Source: Octopus vulgaris
Lineage: Eukaryota
Assembly (NCBI GenBank): GCA_951406725.2
Contig: OX597828.1
Location: 59,334,001 to 59,398,000, forward strand
Reading direction: 5' to 3'
Length of the DNA stretch: 64,000 nucleotides
The position numbers and the translations under genes are program-made. Shown here piece after piece: positions 1-10,980 of this stretch (its first letter is position 1; every line of letters begins with the position of its first letter). A model generated the notes under the pieces. That model saw only the letters and a program-made list of their open reading frames with translations. It had not been told where the DNA came from and ran no database searches.

Positions 1-718
1 TATGGTTTGACTACAAACCGTGCAACATTCTTCCCTGCGCCTTTGAAATATTATGTCCCTGCCGTAAGGCTTTACTTCCACACACGCCAGCTTAATTTAA
101 TTCGTCCTTAGTCGAAAGACAGCTGTTGTTATGTCCTGTTATTTGCACTTGTATTTGTGTAACATTTCTCCGTTTTTTTTCCGTCTTTATATATATATGT
201 ATGAATGTACGTACGTACGTATGTATGTACGTTTGTATGTATGCATGCATGTATGTATATAAACAATCTAATACACCTGCTTGTTGTTCACGCAACTATT
301 TGTTTTTCTGTAAAGGACTTATTCTTTGTAACCCTAGTTATAAGAATAAATGAGTGAAAAAGTATTTTTCCCTCATTCTTATTCATTGTTATTTTTATTT
401 ATCTATTTATTTACTTGTTTATTTGCTTATTTCATTTGTTCATTTTGATTACGTATATGTACATATGATTGTAATCAATTAATAAACAGATATAACTGAA
501 TGTCTACAGGCTGATATCGATTGATTATCCTCTCCATTTTCTTATTTGCCTTATAAATTCTGGGCAAATTTCTGTTTTACCTTCACTCATACCTAGTATT
601 CAATTGCGATACTACCCTGCGATAGTAAGCACTTGGATATAAATACGCAGGTATACATCCAGTAGTATACTTGATATTCACTATCCATTAGATGGTTGCT
701 TAACCTCTAACTCATACA

Positions 719-780
<62 letters not shown>

Positions 781-848
781 TTTGTAAAATTTGATTTAGG
801 ATTTCTACGGAACAAATCGCCCATGTACAATCGCCTAAGAAAGCCTTT

Positions 849-2531
849 ATGGATGACGTGACACTTCTAGCTACAGATAAACAAATCATGCAGAATGCCC
901 TTTTGAGATTAGACGAACGTGTAAGGTGGTCAAGGATGCGATTTAGAGCAAAAAAGTCGCGTAGTCTGACATTTGTTAAGGGAGTGCAGAAAGAATTTAA
1001 ATTTCGAATATCGGAAGAAAGCATTCCAACAGTCAAGGAAGAGCCCGTCAAGAGCTTGGGACGAGTATACGCTGGAACATTGTCAGATAGAAGTCGTGGG
1101 ATTGAAATTATGAAACAGGCCGAGGCTGGGTTATCAGCGATTGATGTTTCGAAGTTACCAGGTAAATATAAAATTTGGTGCTTGCAGTTCGGCCTGTACC
1201 CGCGACTTGCGTGGCCACTTTTAATATACGAAGTAGCATTGTCACGAGTTGAAAAGATCGAACAAAAATGTAATGTGTTCATTAGAAAGTGGCTAGGTCT
1301 ACCTCGTATGTTGAACAGCTCAGCTCTTTATCGTAAAAGAGGTTCGTTGCAGTTACCAATAGCATCAATAGTCGAAATATATAAGTTGGGGAAGATACGG
1401 ACGGTCATGATGCTGAGAGAATCGAAGGATATGGAAATCAGGCGTAACCCACCAGAGGTGAAAACAGCCAGGAAGTGGAAAGCAGAAGCAGAAACTGACA
1501 ACATCTTGTCTTCTCTTACACACAGAGATATGGTGGGAGCAACGCAGAACCATCGGAAAGGATTTGGTTTTGGCGCGGATCAGTTCAGACCGTTTGCAAG
1601 CATGATGCCGTGTGAACGCAGATCTGTTGTTAGCAACAGCGTCAAAACAAGAGAAGCAGAGAGAAGAGAGCTTCATTTGATCCGATGTGTTCATCAAGGT
1701 CAGATGACGAGATGGGAAGAACATGTTGTTGAGAGGAAGATAAGTTGGGATGAGATGTGGAAGTGGACAACATCTCGGCTGAGTTTCCTGATTCGTTCAT
1801 CTTATGATGTTTTGCCATCACCTACGAATCTAGTAAGATGGAACGTCTTAGAGAATGACGTCTGCAAACGTGGAAAAGTCGGTACACTAAAACATATTCT
1901 TTCCAACTGTTCGTTAGCATTGAACAGGTACACATGGAGGCACAACTTGGTCCTTAAGGTTATCTTCAATGCTATAAAGAATCAAATTCATCTCAACAAC
2001 ACTGAGGAAAAATCGTTAAAAGTACCATCAAGAGAGTTCATTACCTTCGTGCGACCAGGTCAGCAGATCCGTTTCAAGAAGAAGACCAAGAAACTTCCTG
2101 AGAAAAATGAAAAGTGGAACGACTATTGGGAGGTAACTGCAGATTTACCTGGGTGCCAGGTTTTCTTTCCCATCCCAGTTTCGAAAAAACCAGATATTTT
2201 GATGTGGTGTGAAAGAAAGAAAGTTTTAAATATAGTCGAGCTAACGGTTCCTCACGAAGATAATATGGACGCCGCTCGAGCTCGAAAATTAAACCGTTAT
2301 GAAAACCTCCTCGAGGAATATGAAGACGCAGGCTGGAAAGCGGAACATTTTCCTATCGAAGTCGGATGTAGAGGGTTTGTAGGACACAGCGTGAGACGAC
2401 TGTTGTTATCGTTAGGCCTAACTCATCGTAAAGTCAATACCACCATGACTGATATCCAATCTACAGTGGAGAAGGCTAGCCACTGGATTTGGTTAAAAAG
2501 AGACGATGAGCGATGGCTAGAAGTATATTGA
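849..2531 (+). CDS. C-terminal 560 aa of RT + restriction-like endonuclease ORF (5'-truncated; the ATG is the M of AFMDD, not a true start)
   Basis: Uninterrupted ORF with (AF)MDD, PVKSLGR, LPGKYKIWCLQF, YDVLPSP, C-K-R...HILSNC (CCHC knuckle, second Cys apparently TGT>CGT), YTWRHN, KPDI...VELTVPHE and PIEVGCRG. These motifs are typical of HERO-type RLE elements. Confidence 0.85.
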   Translation: MDDVTLLATDKQIMQNALLRLDERVRWSRMRFRAKKSRSLTFVKGVQKEFKFRISEESIPTVKEEPVKSLGRVYAGTLSDRSRGIEIMKQAEAGLSAIDVSKLPGKYKIWCLQFGLYPRLAWPLLIYEVALSRVEKIEQKCNVFIRKWLGLPRMLNSSALYRKRGSLQLPIASIVEIYKLGKIRTVMMLRESKDMEIRRNPPEVKTARKWKAEAETDNILSSLTHRDMVGATQNHRKGFGFGADQFRPFASMMPCERRSVVSNSVKTREAERRELHLIRCVHQGQMTRWEEHVVERKISWDEMWKWTTSRLSFLIRSSYDVLPSPTNLVRWNVLENDVCKRGKVGTLKHILSNCSLALNRYTWRHNLVLKVIFNAIKNQIHLNNTEEKSLKVPSREFITFVRPGQQIRFKKKTKKLPEKNEKWNDYWEVTADLPGCQVFFPIPVSKKPDILMWCERKKVLNIVELTVPHEDNMDAARARKLNRYENLLEEYEDAGWKAEHFPIEVGCRGFVGHSVRRLLLSLGLTHRKVNTTMTDIQSTVEKASHWIWLKRDDERWLEVY

Positions 2532-2546
2532 GTTCATCATAACCAG

Positions 2547-2680
2547 CTGATCTAGCAAGCGGGGCCTCATATCAGTGAGGGGGCCGGTGCGCATTGATGC
2601 CGTCGAGAGGTAGGCCCCGAAACGGCGCGCATTCTCTCCTGATGACCCCATACACTTGCTAGCTTCCGATATACGGAGCT
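2547..2680 (+). ncRNA. Structured 3' UTR RNA with hammerhead-like core strands in rearranged order (candidate)
   Basis: Pairings ctagcaag 2552-2559/cttgctag 2655-2662, gccgt 2599-2603/acggc 2622-2626, gagagg 2605-2610/tctctc 2633-2638 and tgcgc/gcgca. GUC at 2602-2604, GAAA at 2619-2622, CTGATGA at 2639-2645. Confidence 0.5.
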
Positions 2681-2777
2681 TTTAACTGGTAGCACTTGCA
2701 TGTGCAAGTTGTTTGCAAGATATATAATTGAATTTTTCACTGTAAGTTAGGAATAATATTCCCTCAAATAATTATTT

Positions 2778-2878
<101 letters not shown>

Positions 2879-2939
2879 CTATGTATGTATACATCTATGT
2901 GTGTGTGTGTATCTGTGTTCATGTTTGCGCCCCTACCAC

Positions 2940-3110
2940 GTCTTGGCAACCGGTGTTGGTGTATGTACGTCTCCGTAAAAGACCGATAGAGTAAGTACTA
3001 GGCTTAAATAAAATAATTCCTGGGGTCGATTTGTTCAAATAAAACCCTTCAAGGCCATGCCCCAGCATGGCTGCAGTCAAATGACTGAAAGAAATAAAGG
3101 ATAAAAGATT
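2940..3110 (+). mobile_element. SINE family A, 3' half
   Basis: Matches the post-microsatellite part of the copy at 24997-25408 (caaccggtgttggt...ccagcatggctgcagtcaaatgactgaaa). Confidence 0.75.
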
Positions 3111-3727
3111 AGTATATGTGTCTTTTTAGACACCTTTCCTTGTCCCCAAATTAATGACAGATTTTTCTAAAGTCAATTGATACTGTTTCTTATGATATAT
3201 TCATATTATTTCTCAGTTAAACATTTCATCTCTCTTCTTTTACTTTTTATCTCTTGTATGCTTGCTGCACTCCGGTAGCTACGGTACGAATATTTGGAAG
3301 GAGTGAAATACAAGCATTCAAAATTATAACTCACTAACATCGCCTGTAAATGACTCATTAGAAATTTGATGCATAATAGATCTATTGAATTTGAATTCCA
3401 AATTATTAATGAGACTATTAATTATGGATGCATGTTCACAAAGGGGATAAATAAATGCTTTTAAAACCAGATTCTGCCTTTAAATCCATTTTCACTAAAG
3501 GGGTCTTGTTCTGCCTAAAATTCACTTCTGTCTCTACGTAATCTTACGTATCTTGTTTGTTCTATATCTTCTCATCCTGGCCTCAATAAAATACAAGCTA
3601 CCGATATGTTAGAGTGCTTCATTAAAGTACGCTGCTTGTTGGTGGTTAAACTACGCCCTTTTATATTCTGCATTCGAAGTGTCACTTCGGACTCGGCACT
3701 CTGACGTCGATAAATGTACTAAGATGA

Positions 3728-3758
<31 letters not shown>

Positions 3759-3829
3759 CTTCTTCTTCTTCTTCTTCTTCTTCTTCTTCTTCTTCTCCTC
3801 CTCCTCCTCCTCCTCCTCCTTCTTCTTCT

Positions 3830-4050
3830 TACCCCTGATTTCTTTGGCAATATTCAGGAGCTCTTCTGATTCTTTGTCGTTCTAGGCAATCATCCACATA
3901 GAGTAGATGATTAATCTTCTGGTCAAAAGATCTAATACCCTCACTTAGCATTATTCAGTTGTGTGGATAATGAGAACAGAGTGAGGCAGAATAGTAATGG
4001 TGATAATGAGTCACCTTGAAAGATACCACAGGCGATATTGATGCCTGGTG
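3830..4050 (-). pseudogene. R4/Dong-type RT fragment
   Basis: Minus-strand translation gives INIACGIFQGDSLSPLLFCL and KINHLLYVDD (RT motifs B and C). It lies between (CTT)n and (TTA)n tracts. Confidence 0.75.
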
Positions 4051-4108
4051 AGGTGGTATATCCTTATGTATGATTTGAAATGGGGGGGGGGGTCACCACG
4101 AATTCATG

Positions 4109-4171
<63 letters not shown>

Positions 4172-4175
<4 letters not shown>

Positions 4176-4381
4176 TAGTTTTATTTTTATAGCGTGCTTT
4201 CACTTCACTACCGAGCGCAGCTCTGTGTGCCTTGGGTATGTGCTGTGATTTGTCGTGATGCTCTGATGGTTATTGTATGGAAAGTGTTCTGCGTAGGATG
4301 TGTGCAGTGCCTAGTAGTGCAATTTTCTGTATGTTATATGTGTTTGTAAGTCCTGGTGTTTTTGTTATGTATTTGTCTGAA

Positions 4382-4382
<1 letters not shown>
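4172..4382 (-). mobile_element. 3' end of R4/Dong-type element embedded in (TAA)n
   Basis: Minus strand encodes the terminal motif IQKIALLGTAHILRRTLS plus a short 3' UTR, with (TTA)n on both sides. It parallels GTAHILRKILSM at the end of 54627-54840. Confidence 0.75.
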
Positions 4383-4420
<38 letters not shown>

Positions 4421-4425
4421 CATTA

Positions 4426-4459
<34 letters not shown>

Positions 4460-5066
4460 CATCATTATTATTATTGCTTTTGTTGGTGTTGTCATCGACG
4501 TTGTTGTTTTGATAGTTGCCGCTGTTTTGAGAAGAACAGACGAGTTTTAAACATAGCTCCGTTGAAACTGCAGATTATTTTGATTCTACTTCATGAAAGA
4601 CTTTGTATTTTTATTCCGCTTTGAACTATTGAATGTCTCCCTCGTTTACCTTCGGGTAAACAAGGTCGAACGTTCTTAAATTCTTTTCTTTTTAATTTTA
4701 TAAACTTTCGTTTAGTTGTTTATAAGTTCGGTTTTGCCTTGAGTGCTCACTGCAAATGTCAAACTTTTTGTAAAGAAATTATCGAAAATTGTGCTGATAA
4801 AAACGCAGACGCCAAAGGAAAAGGACAAACCGAAGAAAGTTCTAATTATTAAACAAACATGTGCATTCCCATACACTCAAGTGGACAATGACACATAGTT
4901 TACTTTAAACAAATATGAATTCTTGTAAACACACTGAGCAATTTTCCCAAGCGTAGGTGATAACAAAATTAGCTGCGTCTATGCCTCGAAGCGAAAAGAA
5001 TTTTGAACATGGAAGAGCTATAAAAAACACAAAGAATGTGGAAAAGATATGTGATGGAGAGTTCTG

Positions 5067-5481
5067 GGATCTTTTCGGTTTGAACGGCAGTTTTTTCTAG
5101 CGGTGTCATATGAAATTGTCACCCATAAATTATGACCCTAGTATCGATCTATTGCATTTCAATCTGTTTTAGGGTTAGGGTTACGGGTGGGGGAAGGGTA
5201 TCTTTTTTCTTCAGAAATGTAAATAAACCCAATCTATTTCTTAAACGAGGGACATATTCATACGGCACAGAATGTTTTCACCTCAATAGACGTCATTGAT
5301 TGGTTGAAATTGCAGAAATTGAAGAAAAACAACAACAAATATCTTACAAACTATAAAATTTTCTCAATAAAGCCAAGAGAAAAAGATGTTTTATAAACAC
5401 ATTCTACCAGTATACGAAGTTTAAAGGTGTTTAGTTACGTGGAAATTATTTTTAAAAACTGCCGTCCAAACCGAAAAATCC
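5067..5481. mobile_element. MITE (non-autonomous DNA transposon), ~28-bp TIRs, 8-bp TSD
   Basis: Left TIR ggatcttttcggtttgaacggcagttttt, right TIR aaaaactgccgtccaaaccgaaaaatcc. TSD gagttctg at 5059-5066 and 5482-5489. Confidence 0.85.
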
Positions 5482-6117
5482 GAGTTCTGTGTCCCTGCCC
5501 GCCTATTTTTTCGGGTAAACAGCCAAAAAGAGTAACACGTCTGCTACTCGTAACGCAAAGAGCCAGACGTCGCATCATCTTCAAGATTCGCCCTACCTCT
5601 CCTAAATTCAGCTGCCCACTGTTGATAAAGCTGGAGCGTCATCCCCTTATGAAACAAGCGTGTCAGCCCGACTGTCAGGTGGGGTTGGAGTTCATATCGC
5701 GGTCGATTTCGAATTTTGATGCAGAGCATTTCGTTTTAATTCTCATCTGTAGCTCTTACCGCGCCGAGAGTTAAACTCAACTCAGCTTATAAGAAAACCG
5801 TTGAACTCATGCGCTGATTAAAAAAAAACCGGTTGAAGTAAAAACTAAAAATAATATGGGTGGTTTATTAGCAATTAAACAACATAAAGGGAAATTTATA
5901 GACATCACAAGAGTGACACAGGGTAATAAGTAGTACCAGCGTTGCTAGAAAAAAGAGTTAAACGATTCTATAGCCCAAAATACTCTATCATTTCCGCTAG
6001 GGAAATTATCTCCCTTGTCAGACATTAAGGTAGTGCATTTGTAACTATTGAGACGTCTTGACTCTTATTTCTAGCAATGCTGGTACTCTGTCACATTAGT
6101 GACGTCTGATATATTTC

Positions 6118-6522
6118 TCTTTTCTCTTTTACTTGTTTCAGTCATTTGACAGCGGCCATGCTGGAGCACCGCCTTTAGTCGATCAAATCGACCCCGGGAC
6201 TTATTCTTTGTAAGCCCAGTGCTTATTCTATCGGTGTCTTTTGCCGAACCGCTAAGTGACGGGGACGTAAACACACCAGCATCGGTTGTCAAGCAATGCT
6301 AGGGGGACAAACACAGACACACAAACACACACACACACACACACATATATATATGTACATATATACGATAGGCTTCTTTCAGTTTCCGTCTACCAAATCC
6401 ACTCACAAGGCATTGGTTGGCCCGGGGTTATAGCAGAAGACACTTGCCCACGCAGTGGGACTGAACCCGCAACCATGTATTTGGTTAGCAAGCTACTTAC
6501 CACACAGCCACTCCTGCGCCTA
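6118..6522 (-). mobile_element. tRNA-derived SINE family A (octopus-type, internal CA/TA microsatellite)
   Basis: Reverse complement of the copies at 8789 and 24997, with head aggcgcaggagtggctgtgtggtaag (A box) and ggttcagtccc (B box). Confidence 0.85.
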
Positions 6523-6534
6523 TATATATATTTA

Positions 6535-6868
6535 AAAAGGGTAAAGACCCCCTTCGGTCATGAATGACCATGGGATTGCACCTAGAAAGTTACCCTCCTA
6601 GACACAAGTCCGGGCAAAGTTGTTTATGGAAGACCAGCAGTCGCCCATGCATACCAGCCTCCCCTCTCCACACCACCTGTGTTATCCAAGGGAAAGACAA
6701 AGGTCGATACAGCTTGGTACCAGTGACGTCGCAACTCATTTCTACAGCTGAGTGAACTGGAGCAACGTGAAATAAAGTGCCTTGCTCAAGAACACAACAC
6801 GCAGCCCGGTCCGGGATTCGAGCTCACAACTTCACGATCGTAAGCTCGACGCTCTAACCACTGAGCCA

Positions 6869-6870
<2 letters not shown>
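6535..6870 (-). mobile_element. tRNA(Arg)-like-head SINE family C
   Basis: Minus-strand head atggctcagtggttagagcg...ctcgaatccc, followed by the tgtgttcttgagcaaggcactt central domain. Confidence 0.75.
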
Positions 6871-6904
<34 letters not shown>

Positions 6905-6914
<10 letters not shown>

Positions 6915-7130
6915 CAAATTAGAGACAAAACCACTATTATGGTTATTCATATGTTAAATTTTGATTTATATAAATTATTTTACGTATTGGATTAAGTCTT
7001 TCTTTGTTTGATTTGCATAATAGTGGTTTTGTCTCTAATTTGATATAATATAATATTTTACTATAAAATTGGATTCAATCTGAAATCTGATTTTTCCTTG
7101 TAAATTTGGATTTATTCCCTAATATTTATT

Positions 7131-7196
<66 letters not shown>

Positions 7197-7250
7197 TATA
7201 AATGCACGCATATATTTATATGCATATGTATACATACACACATACACACA

Positions 7251-7286
<36 letters not shown>

Positions 7287-7644
7287 TATATATGTGTGTC
7301 TTTGTGTGTGCAGAATGCTGTAGCCAAATCTGCGCGCGTTTTTTCCAGGTTCTCTTAATTTTTAAATCTCTTTCTCTTCCTTCTCGTTCCCGTAACTCTT
7401 TTATTTTCTTCTAGTATTTGACGGGAGACTATAAGCAAAACCATGTCAATTTGACTCTGTGACTTGTATTCCTTCCTTGGGCGTCAACCTGATAATATTA
7501 ACTAGGAACTTATTTTACATTTTTGTTTTATTTTCTGTCTTTTGTATTTGATTTTTGCCCTATGTCTATATGTATATATATATATATATATTTATGTATG
7601 TATGTATGTAATCATATATATGTACATATATATGTGTATATGTA

Positions 7645-7707
<63 letters not shown>

Positions 7708-8129
7708 ATAAATATTAGGGAATAAATCCAAATTTACAGGGAAAAAAATCAGATTTAGGATTAAATCCAATTTTATAGTAAAATATTATATAATATTAAT
7801 TAGAGACAAAACCAGTATTTTGCAAAACAAACAAGGAAAGACTTAATCAATACATAAGATTTTAATAAAAAGTCAAAAAAACCGCCACTACAATTGTTTC
7901 TTGTCCTGATCGACAATCTTCAGGTGGACTTCCAATTTTCAAGTCAGTTTCAAATTATGAAGTAATTCATAATTTGAAACTGACTTGAAAATTGGAAGTC
8001 CACCTGAAGATTGTCGATCAGGACAAGAAACAATTGTAGTGGCGGTTTTTTTGACTTTTTATTAAAATCTTATGTATTGATTAAGTCTTTCCTTGTTTGT
8101 TTTGCAAAATAGTGGTTTTGTCTCTAATT

Positions 8130-8135
<6 letters not shown>
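6905..8135. repeat. Nested inverted repeats of a Penelope-pLTR-like family in (TA)n, including a ~165-bp-arm palindrome (7797-7961/7966-8130)
   Basis: 6911-6941 is inverted to 7016-7047, and 7050-7135 to 7705-7800. The near-perfect palindrome is centred on gtaa at 7962-7965. Confidence 0.85.
7998..8044 (+). ncRNA. Minimal type I hammerhead ribozyme motif (mirror copy 7883-7929 on -)
   Basis: ccac-CTGAAGA-ttgtc(gatcag)gacaa-GAAAC-aatt-GTA-gtgg, with palindromic stem III (ACAATTGT). Confidence 0.75.
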
Positions 8136-8200
<65 letters not shown>

Positions 8201-8617
8201 GTATGGATATATATATATGTATATGTATGGATATATATATATGTATATGTATGGATATATATATGTATATGTATGGATATATATATGTATATGTATGGAT
8301 ATATATATGTATATGTATGGATATATATATGTATATGTATGGATATATATATATATATGTGTATGTATATGTATGGATATATATATATATATATGTATGT
8401 ATACTTATGTATATATATATATATGTATATGTATATATATATATGCATGTAATCATATATATGTACATATGTATGTGTGTATATGTATGCCCCAGCATGG
8501 CCACAGCTCGTGAGCTGAAACTAGATAAAATAAAATAAATATATACTTATATATATGTGTGTATATATATATGTATATATGTATATGCGTATATGCGTAT
8601 ATATATATATATACATG

Positions 8618-8648
<31 letters not shown>

Positions 8649-8693
8649 CTGCATATGTATATATATGTATATTTAGGTGTATATCTACATCTA

Positions 8694-8752
<59 letters not shown>

Positions 8753-8788
8753 ATGTATGTATATGTATATATGTATATATGTATATAT

Positions 8789-9192
8789 AGGCGCAGGAGT
8801 GGCTGTGTGACAAGTAGCTTGCTTACCAACCATATGGTTCCGTGTTCAGTCCCACTGCGTGGCATCTGGGGCAAGTGTCTTCTACTGTAACCTAGGGCCG
8901 ACCAAAACCTTGTGAGTGGATTTGGTAGACGGAAACTCCAAGAAGCCCGTCGTATATAAGTATATATATGTGTGTGTGTATGTTTGTGTGTCTCTGTTTG
9001 TACACCTAGCATTGCTTGACAACCGATGCAGATATATTTATGCCCCCGTCCATTAGCGGTTCGGCAAAAGAAACCGATAGAATAAGTACTGAGTTTATAA
9101 AGAATAATTCCCGGGCTTGATTTGCTCGACTAAAGGCGGTGCTCCAGTATGTCCGCAGTCAAATGACTGAAACAAGTAAAAGAGTAAAGAGA
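8789..9192 (+). mobile_element. SINE family A, full length
   Basis: tRNA-like head, internal microsatellite and aaacaagtaaaagagtaaaga tail. Confidence 0.85.
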
Positions 9193-10319
9193 GATATGTA
9201 TATATATGTGTATATAGTTATATTTATATGTATGCATATATATATATATGTATTTATATGTACATGCGTATATTTGTGCTCCTATAACTTTTCTAAAGCT
9301 TATCAAATATATAGTCTATCCCACATATGTAACTCTGGATGTTTGTGTGTTTATCTCTCAGGCTCACAAAATTCAAGCAGAGAACTGTTTGCATACAATT
9401 TGAATATAAATAAATATTGTTGCGTTGTTCAACTCCTGCATATTTCACAATGCTACTTTTTACATTGTATCGTTATAAGTATGAAAATGAATGCTGCCTA
9501 TGTCTGATTTTTCATGAATAATTTGACGACAATAATCTTTTGGGGAATCAGGAGTTAGAATGAAATATTGAGAATCTAGATTTCTAAAAGATGAACGTGG
9601 ATTCAATGTCCAGTAACCCTCATAAGTGACTCTCCAAATTCTGTGGAAAGAAAGGTATAAGAAAACATATTATAATTACTCTTTCAACTGTAACATATGT
9701 ATTGTTTGCCTGAAGGGAGGTGCTATGAAGATGGTGAGCTGGCAGAATTGTTAGAGTGCTGGGGAAAAGTGCTTTGTAATATGTATTCAAGACTTTTATA
9801 TTCTAAGTTCAAATCCTCTCGAAGTTAAATTTTCCACCTCGGGACCAATGAAATAAATGACCAGTGATGTACGTGGATTGATAGTATCGAATAGACCCGT
9901 TTCGTCAAACATTGCTCGCCTTATGTCTAAACCAGACACAAATTATTTGGTTGACCAGCTAACTTTAACTTGTGTTCTGTATTAACTTTATCATGTCCCT
10001 TCTAACAGTTTGTTTTAAAATAGTTCCTGAACGAGTAAGCTACGTACCAGTTCCTTTACCTTTCATCATCTTTTCTATGTTCAACTCACCAAATCCGAAG
10101 AAGATTATTTATGAAAAGTCTTTTCCATTAGAGCTGCAGTCTTCTGCGTTTCTCTATTCAACTAGATTTTTTACAAAAGACACCGACCTACATAGATTTC
10201 ACATAAACATATTCAGTTTTGGAAGCTTGAAAGGGCTACGAGAAAGACTCCATTATCTTTGGGTGAAATAACTGATCTAATTTAAGTAGAAGTCTGACAT
10301 TTTTTGTTGGAGGAGGAAA

Positions 10320-10980
10320 CAGTGAATTACATCGATTCGATCAATTTACGTGAATGTTACCTTCTTTCATCACTTCTGAAAGGATGAAAGACAAAGTTGA
10401 GCCTCCGTGAGATTTTGAACTCCGAGAGATTTGAACTCAGCATAAACAGCTGCAAGAAATATTGGTTTCAAATTCTGGTACAACGCCAGCAAGTTCGGGA
10501 GGATGAGTACTTTGATTACATCGTCCCCAGTCCTCAACTGATACTTATTTTATCGATCCTGAAAATATGGAAGACAAAGTCGACCTCGGCAGAAATTGAA
10601 CTCAGAACGTAGCGGCGGACGAAATACCTATTTCTTTACTACCCACAAGAGGCTAAACACAGAGGGGACAAACAAGGATAGACAAACGGATTAAGTCGAT
10701 TACATCGACCCCAGTGCGTAACTGGTACTTGATTTATCGACCCCGAAAGGATGAAAGGCAAAGTCGACCTCGGCGGAATTTGAACTCAGAACGTAGCGGC
10801 AGACGAAATACCGCTAAGCATTTTTCCCAGCGTGCTGATGATTCTATCAGCTATCCGCCCTAGTTGCAAGAAATATTGCTTTCAAAATTTGGCACATGGT
10901 CAGCAATTTTGGGGGTGGATATAAGCCGATTACATTGACCCCAATGCTTCACTGGTACTTATTTTATCGACCCTGAAAAG
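10320..10980 (-). mobile_element. Cluster of SINE family B (Meta-domain-like gcctttcatcctttcggggtcgataaa)
   Basis: Repeated atcgaccccgaaaggatgaaaggcaaagtcgacctcggcggaatttgaactcagaac units. The inner dimer is flanked by direct repeat tgcaagaaatattg (10451-10464, 10865-10878). Confidence 0.8.

Larger units (their letters stand above)
798..2720 (+). mobile_element. 5'-truncated non-LTR retrotransposon of the RLE class (HERO/NeSL-like)
   Basis: The frame opens at ~798 just before the RT catalytic motif AFMDD. It continues through RT thumb, a zinc-knuckle region and a PD-(D/E)xK endonuclease, then a GC-rich structured 3' UTR (2532-~2720). Flanked by AT-rich/(TA)n DNA. Confidence 0.88.

Noticed and set aside
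707-1282. 191-aa minus-strand ORF, and 1365-1724
   Set aside because: Antisense shadows of the HERO ORF.
4900-5780. Possible host exon interrupted by the MITE
   Set aside because: After removing the MITE, the frames examined contain stops and no recognisable motif.
6790-6870. tRNA-Arg gene (also 15630-15700, 52890-52958 and family A heads)
   Set aside because: A/B boxes are present, but acceptor stems are imperfect and each continues into a SINE body.
8097-8890. Many YI/MY/HT-repeat ORFs here and throughout the window
   Set aside because: Stop-free frames of (TA)n, (CA)n and (TACA)n repeats.
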